From assembly GCA_038087875.1 (NCBI GenBank), contig CM075990.1, forward strand, positions 5,768,001 through 5,832,000: 64,000 bases of DNA. The letters are read 5' to 3'. Shown piece by piece: positions 49,285 through 61,022 of this stretch. The number at the start of each line of letters is the position of its first letter. Position 1 is the first letter of the stretch. Under the pieces are notes generated by a model. That model was not told the origin of the DNA, ran no database searches, and worked only from the letters and a program-made list of their open reading frames with translations. The translations under genes were made by a program, and so were the position numbers. The DNA is from Malacoraja senta. Lineage: Eukaryota.

Positions 49285-52200
49285 TCATGCTTGTAATAGG
49301 TCCAAAAACGTAGACCACGTCTTTTGAAATTGATCTACTTTGCCTACTAGGAGGAATCTCATCTCTTCCAGATGTAATGTTTCCAACATATTTGATGTCC
49401 ACATTTTTATTGTTGGTGTGGGCGCATTTTTCCAGAATTTAAGTATAAGCTTTTTTCCCATTATTAGCCCATAATTGAGTAAATTCTTCTGATACACGTT
49501 TAATTCAGGAATACCTTCCGATATTCCAAAAATAATCCATTCTGGTTTTGGTACCAGTTTTATTTTGATTAATTTTGAAAAAATATCAAATATTTCAAAC
49601 CAGAATTTTTGGATTTTTGTACAAAAAACAAAAGAATGTGCTATGGTAGCTTCTTGACATATACATTTATCACAGATTGGTGAGACGTTAGGAAAGATTT
49701 TATTTAGTTTGGTTTTTGAATAATATAATCTATGTAATGTTTTAAATTGGATAAGCGTATGTCGTACGTTGATCGAGCATTTATGCACCTGTAATAAATG
49801 ATTATCCCAACTCTCTTTTGAAATTTTTATACCTAGATCTTGTTCCCAATCTCTTCTAATTCCATCTGTTGTGGGTATTTCTATATTTAAGATGATATTA
49901 TATAAGTATGATATTAAATTAACTGATTCCGCCTTTGTCTTCATTGCTTCATCTAGTAAGTCGGAAGGCATATTATAATAATCTTTTGTGTGTGTTTTCA
50001 AATAGTCACAGATTTGTAGATATTTAAAATATTGATTATTTTTCAAATTATATTTCAGTTGTAGTTGTTGGAATGATAGTAATTTTTCTAATTCATACAG
50101 ATCTTCGAGCGTTTTAATTCCCATTCTTTCCCATTGTATAAATGCTTTATCTATGATTGAAGGTTTAAACGATGGGTTATTGACTATTGGTATTAAGAGA
50201 GATAGGTTTCTTAATTTTAGATTCTGTTTTATTTGCTTCCATGTTCTAATAGTGCTATATATAATTGGATTTTTATTATAATTTTTATTATTCAAATTTA
50301 TTGGAGAGAGAATAATCGCTCCTATATTATTCGGGGAGCAATCCCCTTTTTCCATTATAATCCAGTCCACCTGCTGGGCAGAATTGTCCAGCAGGTGAAT
50401 CATATTTTTAATATTTACTGCCCAGTTATAATACATAAAGTTAGGGAGCGCTAGACCCCCCAACTCTTTTCGTTTGTTAAGGTGTGTTCTTTGTATTCTG
50501 TGGGATTTGTAATCCCATATAAAATTTGTAATGTCTGAGTCCAGTTTTTTGAAAAACTTTTTTGGGAGATATATAGGTATTGATTGAAATAGGTAAAGGA
50601 TTTGTGGCAAGAAAATCATTTTTATAGCATTTATCCTACCTATTAAGGACATCGGAAGTGTTTTCCAAAATTTAATCAGATTATTTAATTTCTTAAGTAG
50701 GGGATTATAATTAGCTTTAAACATATCATGGTAATTTCTAGTAATCTCAATTCCTAAATATTTGAATTTTTCCATAGCTATTTTAAAAGGGAATTTCCTG
50801 AGATGTGTTGAGTCTTTTGGTTTAATCGTCATAATTTCACTTTTGTTCCAATTTATTCTATATCCTGAAAAGGATCCAAAGTCCTCAATTAAGTTTAATA
50901 TATTTGGTATACTAATTTGTGGTTTTGTGATGTACAGTAGTACATCATCAGCATATAGGGATAGTTTGTTGTTTGAATATTTTGTGTTATAACCGTGAAT
51001 ATTCGAGTGTGTTCTTATTTTTTCAGCAAGGGGTTCAATTACCAAAGCAAATAACAGCGGTGATAGTGAACATCCTTGCCTATTGCCCCTAGATAATTCG
51101 AATTTTGAAGATAATATATTATTAGTTAGTATTCTAGCCGTAGGTTTGTTATATAGTAGTTTTATCCATGCAATAAAGTTTTCTCCCAATTGGAATTTTT
51201 GCAATACTTTGATCATATAGTCCCATTCTACTTGATCAAACGCTTTTTCTGCGTCCAGTGAGATGATAGCTAACTCTTGGTCATCAGATTTATGTGAATG
51301 CATTATGTTAAGCAAACGTCTCAAATTATTAAATGAGTGTCTCTTAGGTATAAATCCTGTTTGATCCTCATGTATTAGTCTACTAACATACTTGCTTAAT
51401 CTATTGGCTAATGTTTTTGCTATTATTTTCTGATCCGTATTTAACAAAGCAATAGCTCTATATGATCCTGGTTCTTCTATATTTTTATCTTTTTTAAGTA
51501 TTAATATGATCGTTGATTCCGCTAGTGTTTCAGGTAGGTTTTGCTCTTTATAAGCATATGTATACATTTTTTGTAATCGTGGAGTAACTATATCATAAAA
51601 AGATTTATAAAATTCATTACTGAATCCGTCTGGTCCTGGTGTTTTTCCATTTTTTAGTGTTTTTATTGTGTCTTCTATCTCCTTAGAAGTAATTTGTGCT
51701 CCCAGTTCCTCTTGTTCCCTGCGTTCTAATTGTGGTAGATTACAATTATCTAAAAATTCTGAGATTTTATTATTGTCTATTGACGTTTTAGATGTGTATA
51801 GATTCTGGTAAAATTGAGCAAATCTTTTATTAATATCCTTGGGTAGTGTTAATACTTCCCCTCTATCTGATTTAATCTTTAATATTGCATTCTCTTTTTC
51901 CCGTTTTTTAAGTTGTCGTGCTAGAAGTTTGTGGGGTTTGTCCCCGAATTCGAAGTGTTCTTGTTTTGTGATTTGAAATAATGTTATAACTTTCTCTGAC
52001 AGTAATTTATTTAACTGAAATTTCAGTAGTAGTATTTTATTATGTTTATCCATAGTTGGGTCTTTAGCATTATCTATATCTAACTGTTTTATTTGATCTT
52101 CTAAGTGTCTTTGTTCATTCTTATTCTTTTTATTTTGATAAGCTTGAAATGAAATAATGACTCCTCTTATAAATGCTTTGAAGGATTCCCATAATAACGT

Positions 52201-53076
52201 GGGGGATATCTCTGGTGTATCATTTAACTCAAAAAATAGATCCATCTGTTTTTTTAGATAGATACTCCCTTGAGGGTCTTTTAAAATTTGTGAGTTAAAC
52301 CTCCAGAACGGTTTATTCATAGACATTCCTTCTAGTTTTAGAACAAAAGTTAACGGAGAATGATCTGAGATCGCATTAATATGATATTTAGGATTCAGAG
52401 ATTGCGAAATTAATTTTGTATCCACAAGAAAATAGTCTATCCGTGAATATGTTTTATGCACCATTGAATAAAACGAGTAATCCCTTCCCGTCGGGTTTGC
52501 AATCCTCCATACATCTGTTATATTTGTGTTTTCCATATATGTGTGTAAGAGTTCACTGGTTTTAGATTTCGTCTGACCTTTTTGTTTTTGCATCGATTTA
52601 TCTAAATAAGGATCTAAAACACAATTAAAATCTCCTCCGATTATAACATTTTGATAATTAGATTCTGCAATTATATTCAGAATTTTATTAAAAAATTGAG
52701 GGTTATCAAAGTTAGGCGCATATATGTTTACCAGCGTAATTGGCATATTATTGATCTCCCCTGCTACTATAAGATATCTCCCTTCCTTATCTAAAATAGT
52801 GTTCTTTGATTTAAATGGAATTCCTTTACGAATAATAATTGCAGTACCTCTAGATTTGGAGGTAAATGAAGAGTGAAATGTTTGGCCTATCCAGTTCGCC
52901 CTCAGTCTTGTCTGATCTTGCTGTTTAAGATGTGTTTCCTGTAGAAACGCAATGTCCGTGTTGTATGATTTCAACTGAGCTAGTATCTTGCCCCTTTTAA
53001 TAGGTTCATTAATCCCCCTTATATTCCAACTACATAATGTGATTCCTCCTATTTTCTTTTGATTGTCGTCATGCAT
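49285..53076 (-). CDS. L1 ORF2p (APE endonuclease, RT, CCHC domain)
   Basis: 1263 aa open. EN motifs SWNIRG, FLQETH, NIYAPN, GGDFN, SRIDYF, SDH; RT motifs LDAEKAFD, RQGCSLSPLLF, YADD; C-terminal CDKC...H....C. Confidence 0.97.
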   Translation of the reverse strand: MHDDNQKKIGGITLCSWNIRGINEPIKRGKILAQLKSYNTDIAFLQETHLKQQDQTRLRANWIGQTFHSSFTSKSRGTAIIIRKGIPFKSKNTILDKEGRYLIVAGEINNMPITLVNIYAPNFDNPQFFNKILNIIAESNYQNVIIGGDFNCVLDPYLDKSMQKQKGQTKSKTSELLHTYMENTNITDVWRIANPTGRDYSFYSMVHKTYSRIDYFLVDTKLISQSLNPKYHINAISDHSPLTFVLKLEGMSMNKPFWRFNSQILKDPQGSIYLKKQMDLFFELNDTPEISPTLLWESFKAFIRGVIISFQAYQNKKNKNEQRHLEDQIKQLDIDNAKDPTMDKHNKILLLKFQLNKLLSEKVITLFQITKQEHFEFGDKPHKLLARQLKKREKENAILKIKSDRGEVLTLPKDINKRFAQFYQNLYTSKTSIDNNKISEFLDNCNLPQLERREQEELGAQITSKEIEDTIKTLKNGKTPGPDGFSNEFYKSFYDIVTPRLQKMYTYAYKEQNLPETLAESTIILILKKDKNIEEPGSYRAIALLNTDQKIIAKTLANRLSKYVSRLIHEDQTGFIPKRHSFNNLRRLLNIMHSHKSDDQELAIISLDAEKAFDQVEWDYMIKVLQKFQLGENFIAWIKLLYNKPTARILTNNILSSKFELSRGNRQGCSLSPLLFALVIEPLAEKIRTHSNIHGYNTKYSNNKLSLYADDVLLYITKPQISIPNILNLIEDFGSFSGYRINWNKSEIMTIKPKDSTHLRKFPFKIAMEKFKYLGIEITRNYHDMFKANYNPLLKKLNNLIKFWKTLPMSLIGRINAIKMIFLPQILYLFQSIPIYLPKKFFKKLDSDITNFIWDYKSHRIQRTHLNKRKELGGLALPNFMYYNWAVNIKNMIHLLDNSAQQVDWIIMEKGDCSPNNIGAIILSPINLNNKNYNKNPIIYSTIRTWKQIKQNLKLRNLSLLIPIVNNPSFKPSIIDKAFIQWERMGIKTLEDLYELEKLLSFQQLQLKYNLKNNQYFKYLQICDYLKTHTKDYYNMPSDLLDEAMKTKAESVNLISYLYNIILNIEIPTTDGIRRDWEQDLGIKISKESWDNHLLQVHKCSINVRHTLIQFKTLHRLYYSKTKLNKIFPNVSPICDKCICQEATIAHSFVFCTKIQKFWFEIFDIFSKLIKIKLVPKPEWIIFGISEGIPELNVYQKNLLNYGLIMGKKLILKFWKNAPTPTIKMWTSNMLETLHLEEMRFLLVGKVDQFQKTWSTFLDLLQA

Positions 53077-53473
53077 TTTTACCAGTTTTAATGACCTTAA
53101 TTATTGTGGTGCGTTCATACCTCCGGACTCTGGTTATTTTGGGAGTATTTCTATTATAGACTTCCTTGGTAGTTCTCCTGCGCGATTGTCCTTGAAGAAA
53201 AAACACACAGATGTGACATATTGTGATTAAAAAAAATATATATAAATCAAATAAATTTACGGTGTCTAAAATTTCAACACCGTAGTGAGTGGCCCACTCG
53301 TCTGTGGGGTACGACATCCATAACGCTTCCGGCGTAGTTGGTATAAAGTTAGCCCCGCTGTATTTATTACCCAAAATCTATGGGGTCATTACCGTTTCCA
53401 ATTCAGTTCTATTTCACCCAGTTACAATTTATATATGTGTCAAATGTATTCGATTCCATATCCTACTCACTCT

Positions 53474-54066
53474 TTATCTCTTAACTATTTTAAAATGAAT
53501 TTAGTATTGTTAAAGTGAGCGGTTTACTGAGTGGATTAATCGGAGTCAGGTTCCTGGAATTGTGCCAGGTGCCTGATCTCCTCTCCTCTCCACGAGCTGC
53601 GAACATAGGTGATAACTGCTGTCTGCGTTATGACGCAGGCACCACAGTTTTATCAGTTTCAAATATTATTTCTATATTAGTATTGTTAATTATTAATTAT
53701 GATTAATTCTCAGCATTTTGTAAAACTATATAAGCCGTATATATTTTTCATATCAACCTCGAGTGTATATTATCTCTTAACTATTTTAAATTGATTTTAA
53801 TATTGTTAAAAATGAGCTGTTCGCTGGAAGGGTTAACGGGAGTCTGGCTCCTGGAGTTATGCCAGGTACCCGGTCTCCCCCTCCCTCCACTCTCGAGCTG
53901 CATAGCACTTGCTGTTATCTGCTAAACAGAGCAGACTGCACATTTTTTATCTATTTCAATTGCTATTTCTATATTAGTATTGTTAATTGTTAATTATTAT
54001 TAGTTCTCAGTTTTTTCAGTTTTTTATAAACAATATAAGCCATGTGATGTTTTTCACTCTCAGCCC
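53474..54066. repeat. Diverged ~296-bp tandem duplication in the L1 inter-ORF spacer
   Basis: Both units start ttatctcttaactattttaaa (53474, 53770) and share tatttctatattagtattgttaatt and tataagcc. Confidence 0.9.
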
Positions 54067-54294
54067 AGCAGTTCGTCTCGTGTTATCAGGTTTTCCTCGT
54101 TTGAGCACGTAGTGTCCTTGAATTACATAGCACAATGTTCCAGCGAAGATAATAATGTCTAGCCACGTCTCACTAAGAATCTGTTGCTTGAAGTCAAATA
54201 AAAAATAAAAAATCAGTGTTCAGTTAATTCACTTTCCTTGTGATACTCTTGTTGGAAGAATAAGCAAGTTTGTTTGTTCCTGTCGTCTTGGTTT

Positions 54295-55290
54295 TCAATC
54301 TCCAGTTGATGCAGCCTTAGTCGCGATTTCTTGAGCGTATTTGAGAGATTCATCCGAATTAGTGAATGTTTTTGACACTCCCTCAAAGGTGATACGCATT
54401 CTAGCCGGATAAAACACTCCACACAAAACTCCCTTAACACCATAAAGAACTTCTCTGGTCTGTGAGAACTTTCTTCTCTTTTGCTCAATCTCATAAGGGT
54501 AGTCCCGTAGGAGTTTAATAGTATCACCTCTGTACATCATCTTCTCTCCGTGGTTGATTTTTTTCATCAGCGCTTCCATTGTTGAGATATCCCGAAGTTT
54601 AATTATGATCTGTCGTGGGTAGGCACGTTCTCCTTGAGATCTTGATTTAAATCTGGGGAGTCGATGTGCTACTTCAATTACAGGTACTTCTGGTAGCTTC
54701 AGTACGTGTTTAATTAGGTTGGCAGCGAACTCACAAACATTGTCCCCCTCAGCTCCCTCTTTTACACCACGTATTCTTATATTTTGGCGTCTTGAGCGAG
54801 CTTCTAGGTCAACACATTTATTCGAAACCTTTGTGACTTGGTTCTTGAGACTATCTATTTCTGACTTCATAGTCTGCATCTCTCCAGCCATCACTTCCAC
54901 AGCAGCTTCCAAATCATTCACTGCAGATGCATTTGCAGCCACAGTTTCGTGCACAGCCTCAAACATCTTTGTGGTCTCTTCTGCCACCTTTTCAATTTTT
55001 ATCGATAGTCCTTTTTCCACACCTTCAATTCTTTTTTGGAGAGCCTCAATACCCTCAAGTATTTTATCATTACCGGCTATCAATTTACTGTTCCCAGCTT
55101 CCATATCATTTTTGATATCTCTTACCGAGTTTCTTAAGTCCTCCATTTCGATTTTCTCTTTTGCAGATCGAGTAGCCATTCCAGAGACCTCTCCAGAGGT
55201 CAGTTCTGAAGTTTCTTGCTGTTCCAGAGTCTTCAGCAGATGTTTTGAGATTTTCCTCTGTGGGCTCTGACCTGGAGATGTATTTTTCAT
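54295..55290 (-). CDS. L1 ORF1p (coiled coil, RRM, CTD)
   Basis: 331 aa open. Heptad region, then DLEARSRRQNIRIRGVKEG, IEVAHR, PRQIIIK and FYPARMRI motifs. Confidence 0.95.
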   Translation of the reverse strand: MKNTSPGQSPQRKISKHLLKTLEQQETSELTSGEVSGMATRSAKEKIEMEDLRNSVRDIKNDMEAGNSKLIAGNDKILEGIEALQKRIEGVEKGLSIKIEKVAEETTKMFEAVHETVAANASAVNDLEAAVEVMAGEMQTMKSEIDSLKNQVTKVSNKCVDLEARSRRQNIRIRGVKEGAEGDNVCEFAANLIKHVLKLPEVPVIEVAHRLPRFKSRSQGERAYPRQIIIKLRDISTMEALMKKINHGEKMMYRGDTIKLLRDYPYEIEQKRRKFSQTREVLYGVKGVLCGVFYPARMRITFEGVSKTFTNSDESLKYAQEIATKAASTGD

Positions 55291-55480
55291 TTAAAATGAC
55301 TTTCCCTCCGTTAAAATCGCGGCGCTTACTGATGACGTCATCAGCACCGCGACATGAAGCTCCGGTAAGTTTTTAAAAACGGTCCCGACCTCCAGACCCG
55401 ATTTTAACGCGAAAAATCGCGATTTTTTCAGCGGAGCTAAAAAGTTTGCGACTGCTAGCAGAGCATGTCGCAACCGGAAG
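55291..55480 (-). promoter_or_regulatory. L1 5' UTR internal promoter
   Basis: CpG-rich. Terminal ETS-type CCGGAAG at 55474-55480 and perfect 16-bp palindrome CTGATGACGTCATCAG (contains a CRE) at 55329-55344. Confidence 0.6.
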
Positions 55481-55853
55481 ATTTATTTATAAATCTAATA
55501 ACCAGTTACCAGTGTAGGTAAACACATGTCTTATTTTACATGCAGAGTTTACTTTTCTCATTTCATTGCATTTGGTGAAATCAAAAAGTATTGCTGTGGG
55601 ATTAGAAACATTTTAAAGGTATAATTCAGTTTGGTATTTTATCAAACATGTTTTTTGCTTATTTACTTCAGTTATGGTCAAGGTCTCTTCACATTTATAT
55701 TGAATTGTATTTGTGTGTATTTTAAATAAATTTTAAAAAAGAATAATGTCCTAATTGTACAAAAAAAATCCACATTACAGCTCCAAAATGTAGCATGTGA
55801 AATGAAGGGATATAATTTATTGTAATTTCACCTATCTGTTCTGATAACTGACT

Positions 55854-57014
55854 AGTAAGTAAGTAAGTTTATTGGCCAAGTATTCACATACAAGGAATTT
55901 GCCTTGGTGCTCCGCCCACAAGTAACAACATGACATACAATGACAGTTACGAATGACTCAGAAAGCACTAAACATTAATAATAATAAAACATTAATGATA
56001 AAGCACCATTGATCAAGCATGTGAACCAACAAAATACCGGATCAAGGGGAGGCGACAAATTTTTGGCTGTTGAGTAGAGAAAATACTCGTGGATAAAAAC
56101 AGTTTTTATGTCTGGCTGTGGCAGCTTTGACATTCCGGAGTCGCCTTCCAGAGGGTAGTGATTCAAAGAGTTTGTGGCCAGGGTGAGAGGGGTCAGAGAT
56201 GATCTTGCCCGCTCACTTCCTGGCCCTTGCAGTGTACAGTTCATCAATGGAGGGAAGATTGCAGCCAATAACCTTCTCTGCTGATCGGATGATTCGCTGC
56301 AGCCTCCAGGTGTCGTGCTTGGTGGCTGAGCCAAACCACACCATGATGGAGAAGGTGAGAACAGACTCTACGATGGCCGTGTAGAATTGGACCATCATTG
56401 CCTGTGGCAGATTGTGCTTCCTCAGCTGTCGTAGGAAGTACACCCTATTTTGTGCCTTTTTGACTGTGGAGTCGATGGTAGCCCCCCACTTAAGGTCCTT
56501 GGAGATGATGGTTCCCAGGAACTTAAAAGACTCCACAGATGTGACTGTGGTGTTGTTGATGGTGAGTGGGGTGAGGGTAGGGGGAGCTCTCCTAAAGTCT
56601 ACAATCAATTCCACTGTCTTAAGAGCATTGAGCTCTAGGTTGTTGCTATGGCTCCAGGACACCAGCTGTGATACTTCCTGTCTGTATGCAGATTTCTCCC
56701 CATCCTGGATCAGTCCAATCAGGGTTGTGTCATCCGCAAACTTGAGAAGCTTGACAGAGGTGTCTGTGGAGGTGCAGTTGTTGGTGTAGAGGAGAGGAGA
56801 GAGTAGGCAGCCTTGCGGTGCTGCTATGTTGAGTGTTTGCGGGTCCGAGATGTGCTTTCCCAGCCTCACATGCTGCTTCCTGTCTGTCAGGAAGTTGGTG
56901 ATCCACTGGCAGAGGGGTTCAGGCACAGTCAACTCTGAAAGTTTGGAGTGTAGTAGCTCTGGCACAATGATGTTGAATGCAGAGCTCAAATCAACAAACA
57001 GGATCCTTGCATAG
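55854..57014 (-). mobile_element. Rex1/Babar LINE, 5'-truncated
   Basis: YARILFVDLSSAFN, PQGCLLSPLL, LLKFADDTTLIGLI..G..SAYR.EV..L..W...NNLELN..KT.E..VDFRR. Ends in a (TTAC)n tail. Confidence 0.9.
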
Positions 57015-58572
57015 GATTAAGTTAATTGTCAGGATTAGATTATTTTTGTAGTGCCAACGCATCAATTAAATGATAGTTTTTTCACACAAGATAAAAAATA
57101 AGTAAAGAAATATTGCTATCTGACCTCTAGATCTATTTCCTGACAAATTCAACTTTTGCAACTCTTAATCCTAAAAGTAGAGATGAACCATTCTTTTATT
57201 AAATTCATTCATTTATTCGATTTACCCTCTATAGTTCTTAAAAGTGCATTTGTTTAATATTCGGAATATACCTGTTTAGGTTGGCAGTTTTGATTAACAT
57301 GGTGTATTAGGTTTGTGCAAAGAGGCAGGGTCAATAATTAGGTTCAATTGTTAAAACAAAATTGTTGGGTTTCTGATATAGGTTTACAACAGTTTGTGTT
57401 GTATTCAGCCAAATTAATTGCTTGGTTGATTATTGCATGCAGAGAGATCAAGATGTGCCTCATTTACAGCGGAGAATTACAATAGTCCATTTGCATTAAA
57501 TGGAAGTGCTTTGGTGTGGGATTTGCTGTGGTTACATTGTAGACCACATTTGAATGCAAATGCTGACACACAATTAATTGATCCAGTAAGCTTGTACTGT
57601 GGTGCCCAAAAGTCTCAATTATAGCTTCTATTTATCTGATGAAAGGCTTCAAATCTGAACAATGGGGCTATCAACTTTAAAAAGAATCTAAATGTTGCAT
57701 AGGTTTTATTCAGTTATATATATTCTAGGAATAAACATTGCAATTTGAGGAATTCTCTGTCACTCTTTCTTTAATACTTATCTATGAGAATAAGATCACC
57801 TAAGTGACAAAAAACTTAATCTTATTTGATATTACTCCTGAAAAACATATTCTATTTTGGAAATAAGTACTTTGTAACAAAGTGAAAGTGTATTAAGCAA
57901 AAAGAATAATTAAAAAATGATCACAGCATAAATTTATCTTTGAGTGTTAAACTTTGTACCTGCAAAGGATAATGTTGATATGATGAATTAAGAACAGATT
58001 TGCAATATTTTACATTGCCCATTTCTCTTATAATCCTCTCTTTGGTCAAAGCAATGTATTTATTCCAATACGAAATGTCCAGGCTGCTGCCATTGATGAG
58101 ATATTATAAATAGTTTTTTTTTCAGATGTTGAATTATGGAACTAGCTCATTAAGTAACTGGTTGCAAGCTGTCTTAATTCTTCTGTCGTTAAAGGCTCCA
58201 CCAGTTCCTGACACCTTAATCAGATTATTACATAAATCCTTCAAGTCAGATTTTGTAGCAAATGGTTTCAGCCTGTAACAGTTACCATTTGGCCCCAAAG
58301 ATGGTTTGATTGTTATACTTGGTTAACCATTGCCTGGGATGTTAGAACCTGCTGCAGATGTCTGATTAAGTCATGAAGAAAAATGAATAAGTAAACTTAA
58401 ATCTTGATTGATTAAAACGATGAAAAAATATTTTCTCAATTGAAAACTATTTATAACATATGCATCTCCCAACACAATTTTTCTGCAATACGTTCTCTAA
58501 TGGGCATTTGAATGGATTAATTCGATCTCAAAGAGAGGTTATGGTGCCCATCATTCCAACCAAAGTGGAATA

Positions 58573-58889
58573 CAGGGACATCCCAGGTTATGAATGACCC
58601 GATTTACGTAAATCTCACTTAATGCAAATTCTCCCATACATTTTAAAAACATTTTTCAAGATTGTAATAATAATAAAATGTTTTGTAATATTCATTAATA
58701 ACTGATGCATTTGATATATTTGATTATTTTAATTATGGATAATGTTAGGGTGATATTTGATTAAATGAAAGAATTACAGCAAGTGTACGTAAAGTAATAC
58801 CATATGGGTACCTATGGAAAATGTTGTTTTTAACATGGAGAAATTGGCTTATAAATAGTTCTCAGACCTGTATTAGTTTTGGGGGACTG
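58573..58889. mobile_element. Possible old Tigger-like MITE
   Basis: TA|cagggacatcccaggttatgaa left end and degenerate gggggactg|TA right end. Confidence 0.3.
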
Positions 58890-59413
58890 TACTTTAAGAC
58901 TGGATTGTGTACATCCCCACCAAAATTATTGCTGCAAATTACCCCCAAAAAGTGGTGGTTTCCACTTAGCTTCATTGTGCCAATCTCAAAACTTGCCATA
59001 GTTGATATCTGCCACTAGTTTGAGCAAACTCTTGTTGAGGCCTGCATTCACATTACTCAGGAACAAATGGAAACACATCTCTTTGGCAAACTATCTTCAT
59101 GAGAGAATGAGATGCCTATAACGCTCAGAATATCCAAACTTTTAAAGCCAGAAAAAATAAAGTTGTTTGCTGGAGGGGCATGTAACTACCTCCAGTTTAA
59201 AGGTAAATGGCATGCGTGTTCCGAAAAATCAATTTGACTTTGAGAATTGCCACCAGCATTTAAGTTTCTGTATTCTTTATACCATTCTTGAATGTCATCA
59301 ATGTCATAAAGTTTGAATTATCCGAAGTACCTCAAACTCATCATGCAAAGATTGATTAAGCATTTAGCCATCAATAATATAAGCCAACTATTTTACTTAA
59401 GCAAAATTACATA

Positions 59414-61022
59414 CAGTGTATTCAGAATGTATTCACACCCCATTACTTCTTCCACATTTTGTTACGTTACAGCCTTATTTTAAAATGGATTAAATTCATT
59501 TTTTTAAATCATCAATCTACAAACAATACCCCAGAATGAAGAAACGAAAACAGGTGTTTAGAAATTTTTGCAAAGTAATTAAAAATAAATAACTGAAATA
59601 TCACATTCACATAAGTATTCAGACCCTTTGCTATGACACTCAAAATTGAGCTTAGGTGCATCCTGTTTCCATTAATTATCCTTGAGATGTTTCTACAACT
59701 TGAATGGAGTCCACCAGTGATAAATTAAATTGATTGTACATGATTTGGAAAGGCACACACTTGTCTACATAAGGTCCTAAGTTGACAGTGCATGTCAGAG
59801 CAAGAACCAAGCCATGAAGACGAAGGAATTGTCTGTAGACCTCCGAGAGAGGATTGTGTTGAGACACAGATCTGGGGAAGGGTATAAAACAATTTCTGCA
59901 GCATTGCAGGTCCCGAAGAGCACAGTGGCCTCCTTCATTCTTAAATGGAAGAACTTTGGAGCCACCAGGACTCTTCATAGAGCTGGCCGCCCAGCCAAAC
60001 TGAGCAATCGCTGGCGAAGGGCCTTGATCAGGGAAGTGACCAAGAACCCGATGGTCTCTCTGACAGAGCTCCAGAGTTCCTCTGTGGAGATGGGAGAACC
60101 TTCCAGAAGGACAACTATATCTGCAGCACTCCACCAATCAGGCCTTTATGGTAGAGTGCCAGACGGAAGCCACTTCTCAGTAAAAGGCACATGACAGCCC
60201 GCGTGGAGTTTGCCAAAAGGCACCTAAAAGACTCTCAGACCATGAGAAACAAGATTCTCTAGTCTGATGAAACCAAGATTGAACTCTTTGGTCTGGAGGA
60301 AACCAGGCACCGCTCATCACCTGGCCAATATCATACCTACGGTGAAGCATGGTGGTGGCAGCATCATGTTGTGGGGATATTTTTCAGCGGCAGGAACTGG
60401 GAGACTAGTCAGGATCGAGGGAAATATGAATGGAGCAAAGTACAGAGATCCTTGATGAAAACCTGCTCCAGAGCATTCTGGACCTCAGACTGGGGCGGAG
60501 GTTCACCTTCCAACTGGACAACGACCCAAAGCACACAACCAAGACAACGCAGGAGTGGCTTTGTGACAATCTGTGAATGTCCTTGAGTGGCCCAGCCAGA
60601 GCCCGGACTTGAACCCGATCGAACATCTCTGGAGGGACCTGAAAATAGCTGTGCATCGACGCTCCCAACCCAATCTGACAGCTTGAGAGGATCTGCAGAG
60701 AAGAATGGGGGAAATTACCCAAATACAGATGTGCCAAGCTTGTAGCGTCATACCCAAGAAGACTTGAGGCTGTAATCACTGGCAAAGGTGCCTCAACAAT
60801 GTACTGAGTACAGGGTCTGAATACTTATGTAAATGTGATATTTCAGTTATTTATTTTTAATTACGTTGCAAAAATTTCTAAACACCTGTTTTTGCTTTTT
60901 GTATTATGGGGTATTGTGTGTAGATTGATGATTTAAAAAAAAGGATTACCATTTTAGAATAAGGCTGTAACGCACAAAATGTGGAAAAAGTGAAGGGGTC
61001 TGAATACTTTCTGAATGCACTG
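59414..61022 (+). mobile_element. Full-length Tc1-family DNA transposon (IR/DR-type TIRs)
   Basis: TA TSD at 59412-59413 and 61023-61024. ~210-bp TIRs at 59414-59627 and 60812-61022 with inner/outer gtattcagaccc repeats. Confidence 0.95.
59814..60807 (+). pseudogene. Tc1 transposase, frameshifted
   Basis: MKTKELSVDLRERIV...GEGYKTIS...AGRPAKLS (paired-like HTH, GRPR-like), [24 protein letters not shown] and [15 protein letters not shown], spread over different frames. Confidence 0.92.

Larger units (their letters stand above)
48850..55482 (-). mobile_element. Full-length L1-clade LINE with both ORFs intact
   Basis: 5' end CTTCCGGTTGCG, ~190-nt 5' UTR, ORF1, 1.2-kb spacer, ORF2, 3' UTR and A-rich tail. 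14-bp TSD TTATTTATAAATCT at 48836-48849 and 55483-55496. Confidence 0.97.

Noticed and set aside
54719..55270. 183-aa + strand ORF antisense to L1 ORF1 (ORF0-like?)
   Set aside because: It starts at TTG and lies within ORF1 rather than the 5' UTR. It is explainable as the shadow of a coiled-coil coding sequence.
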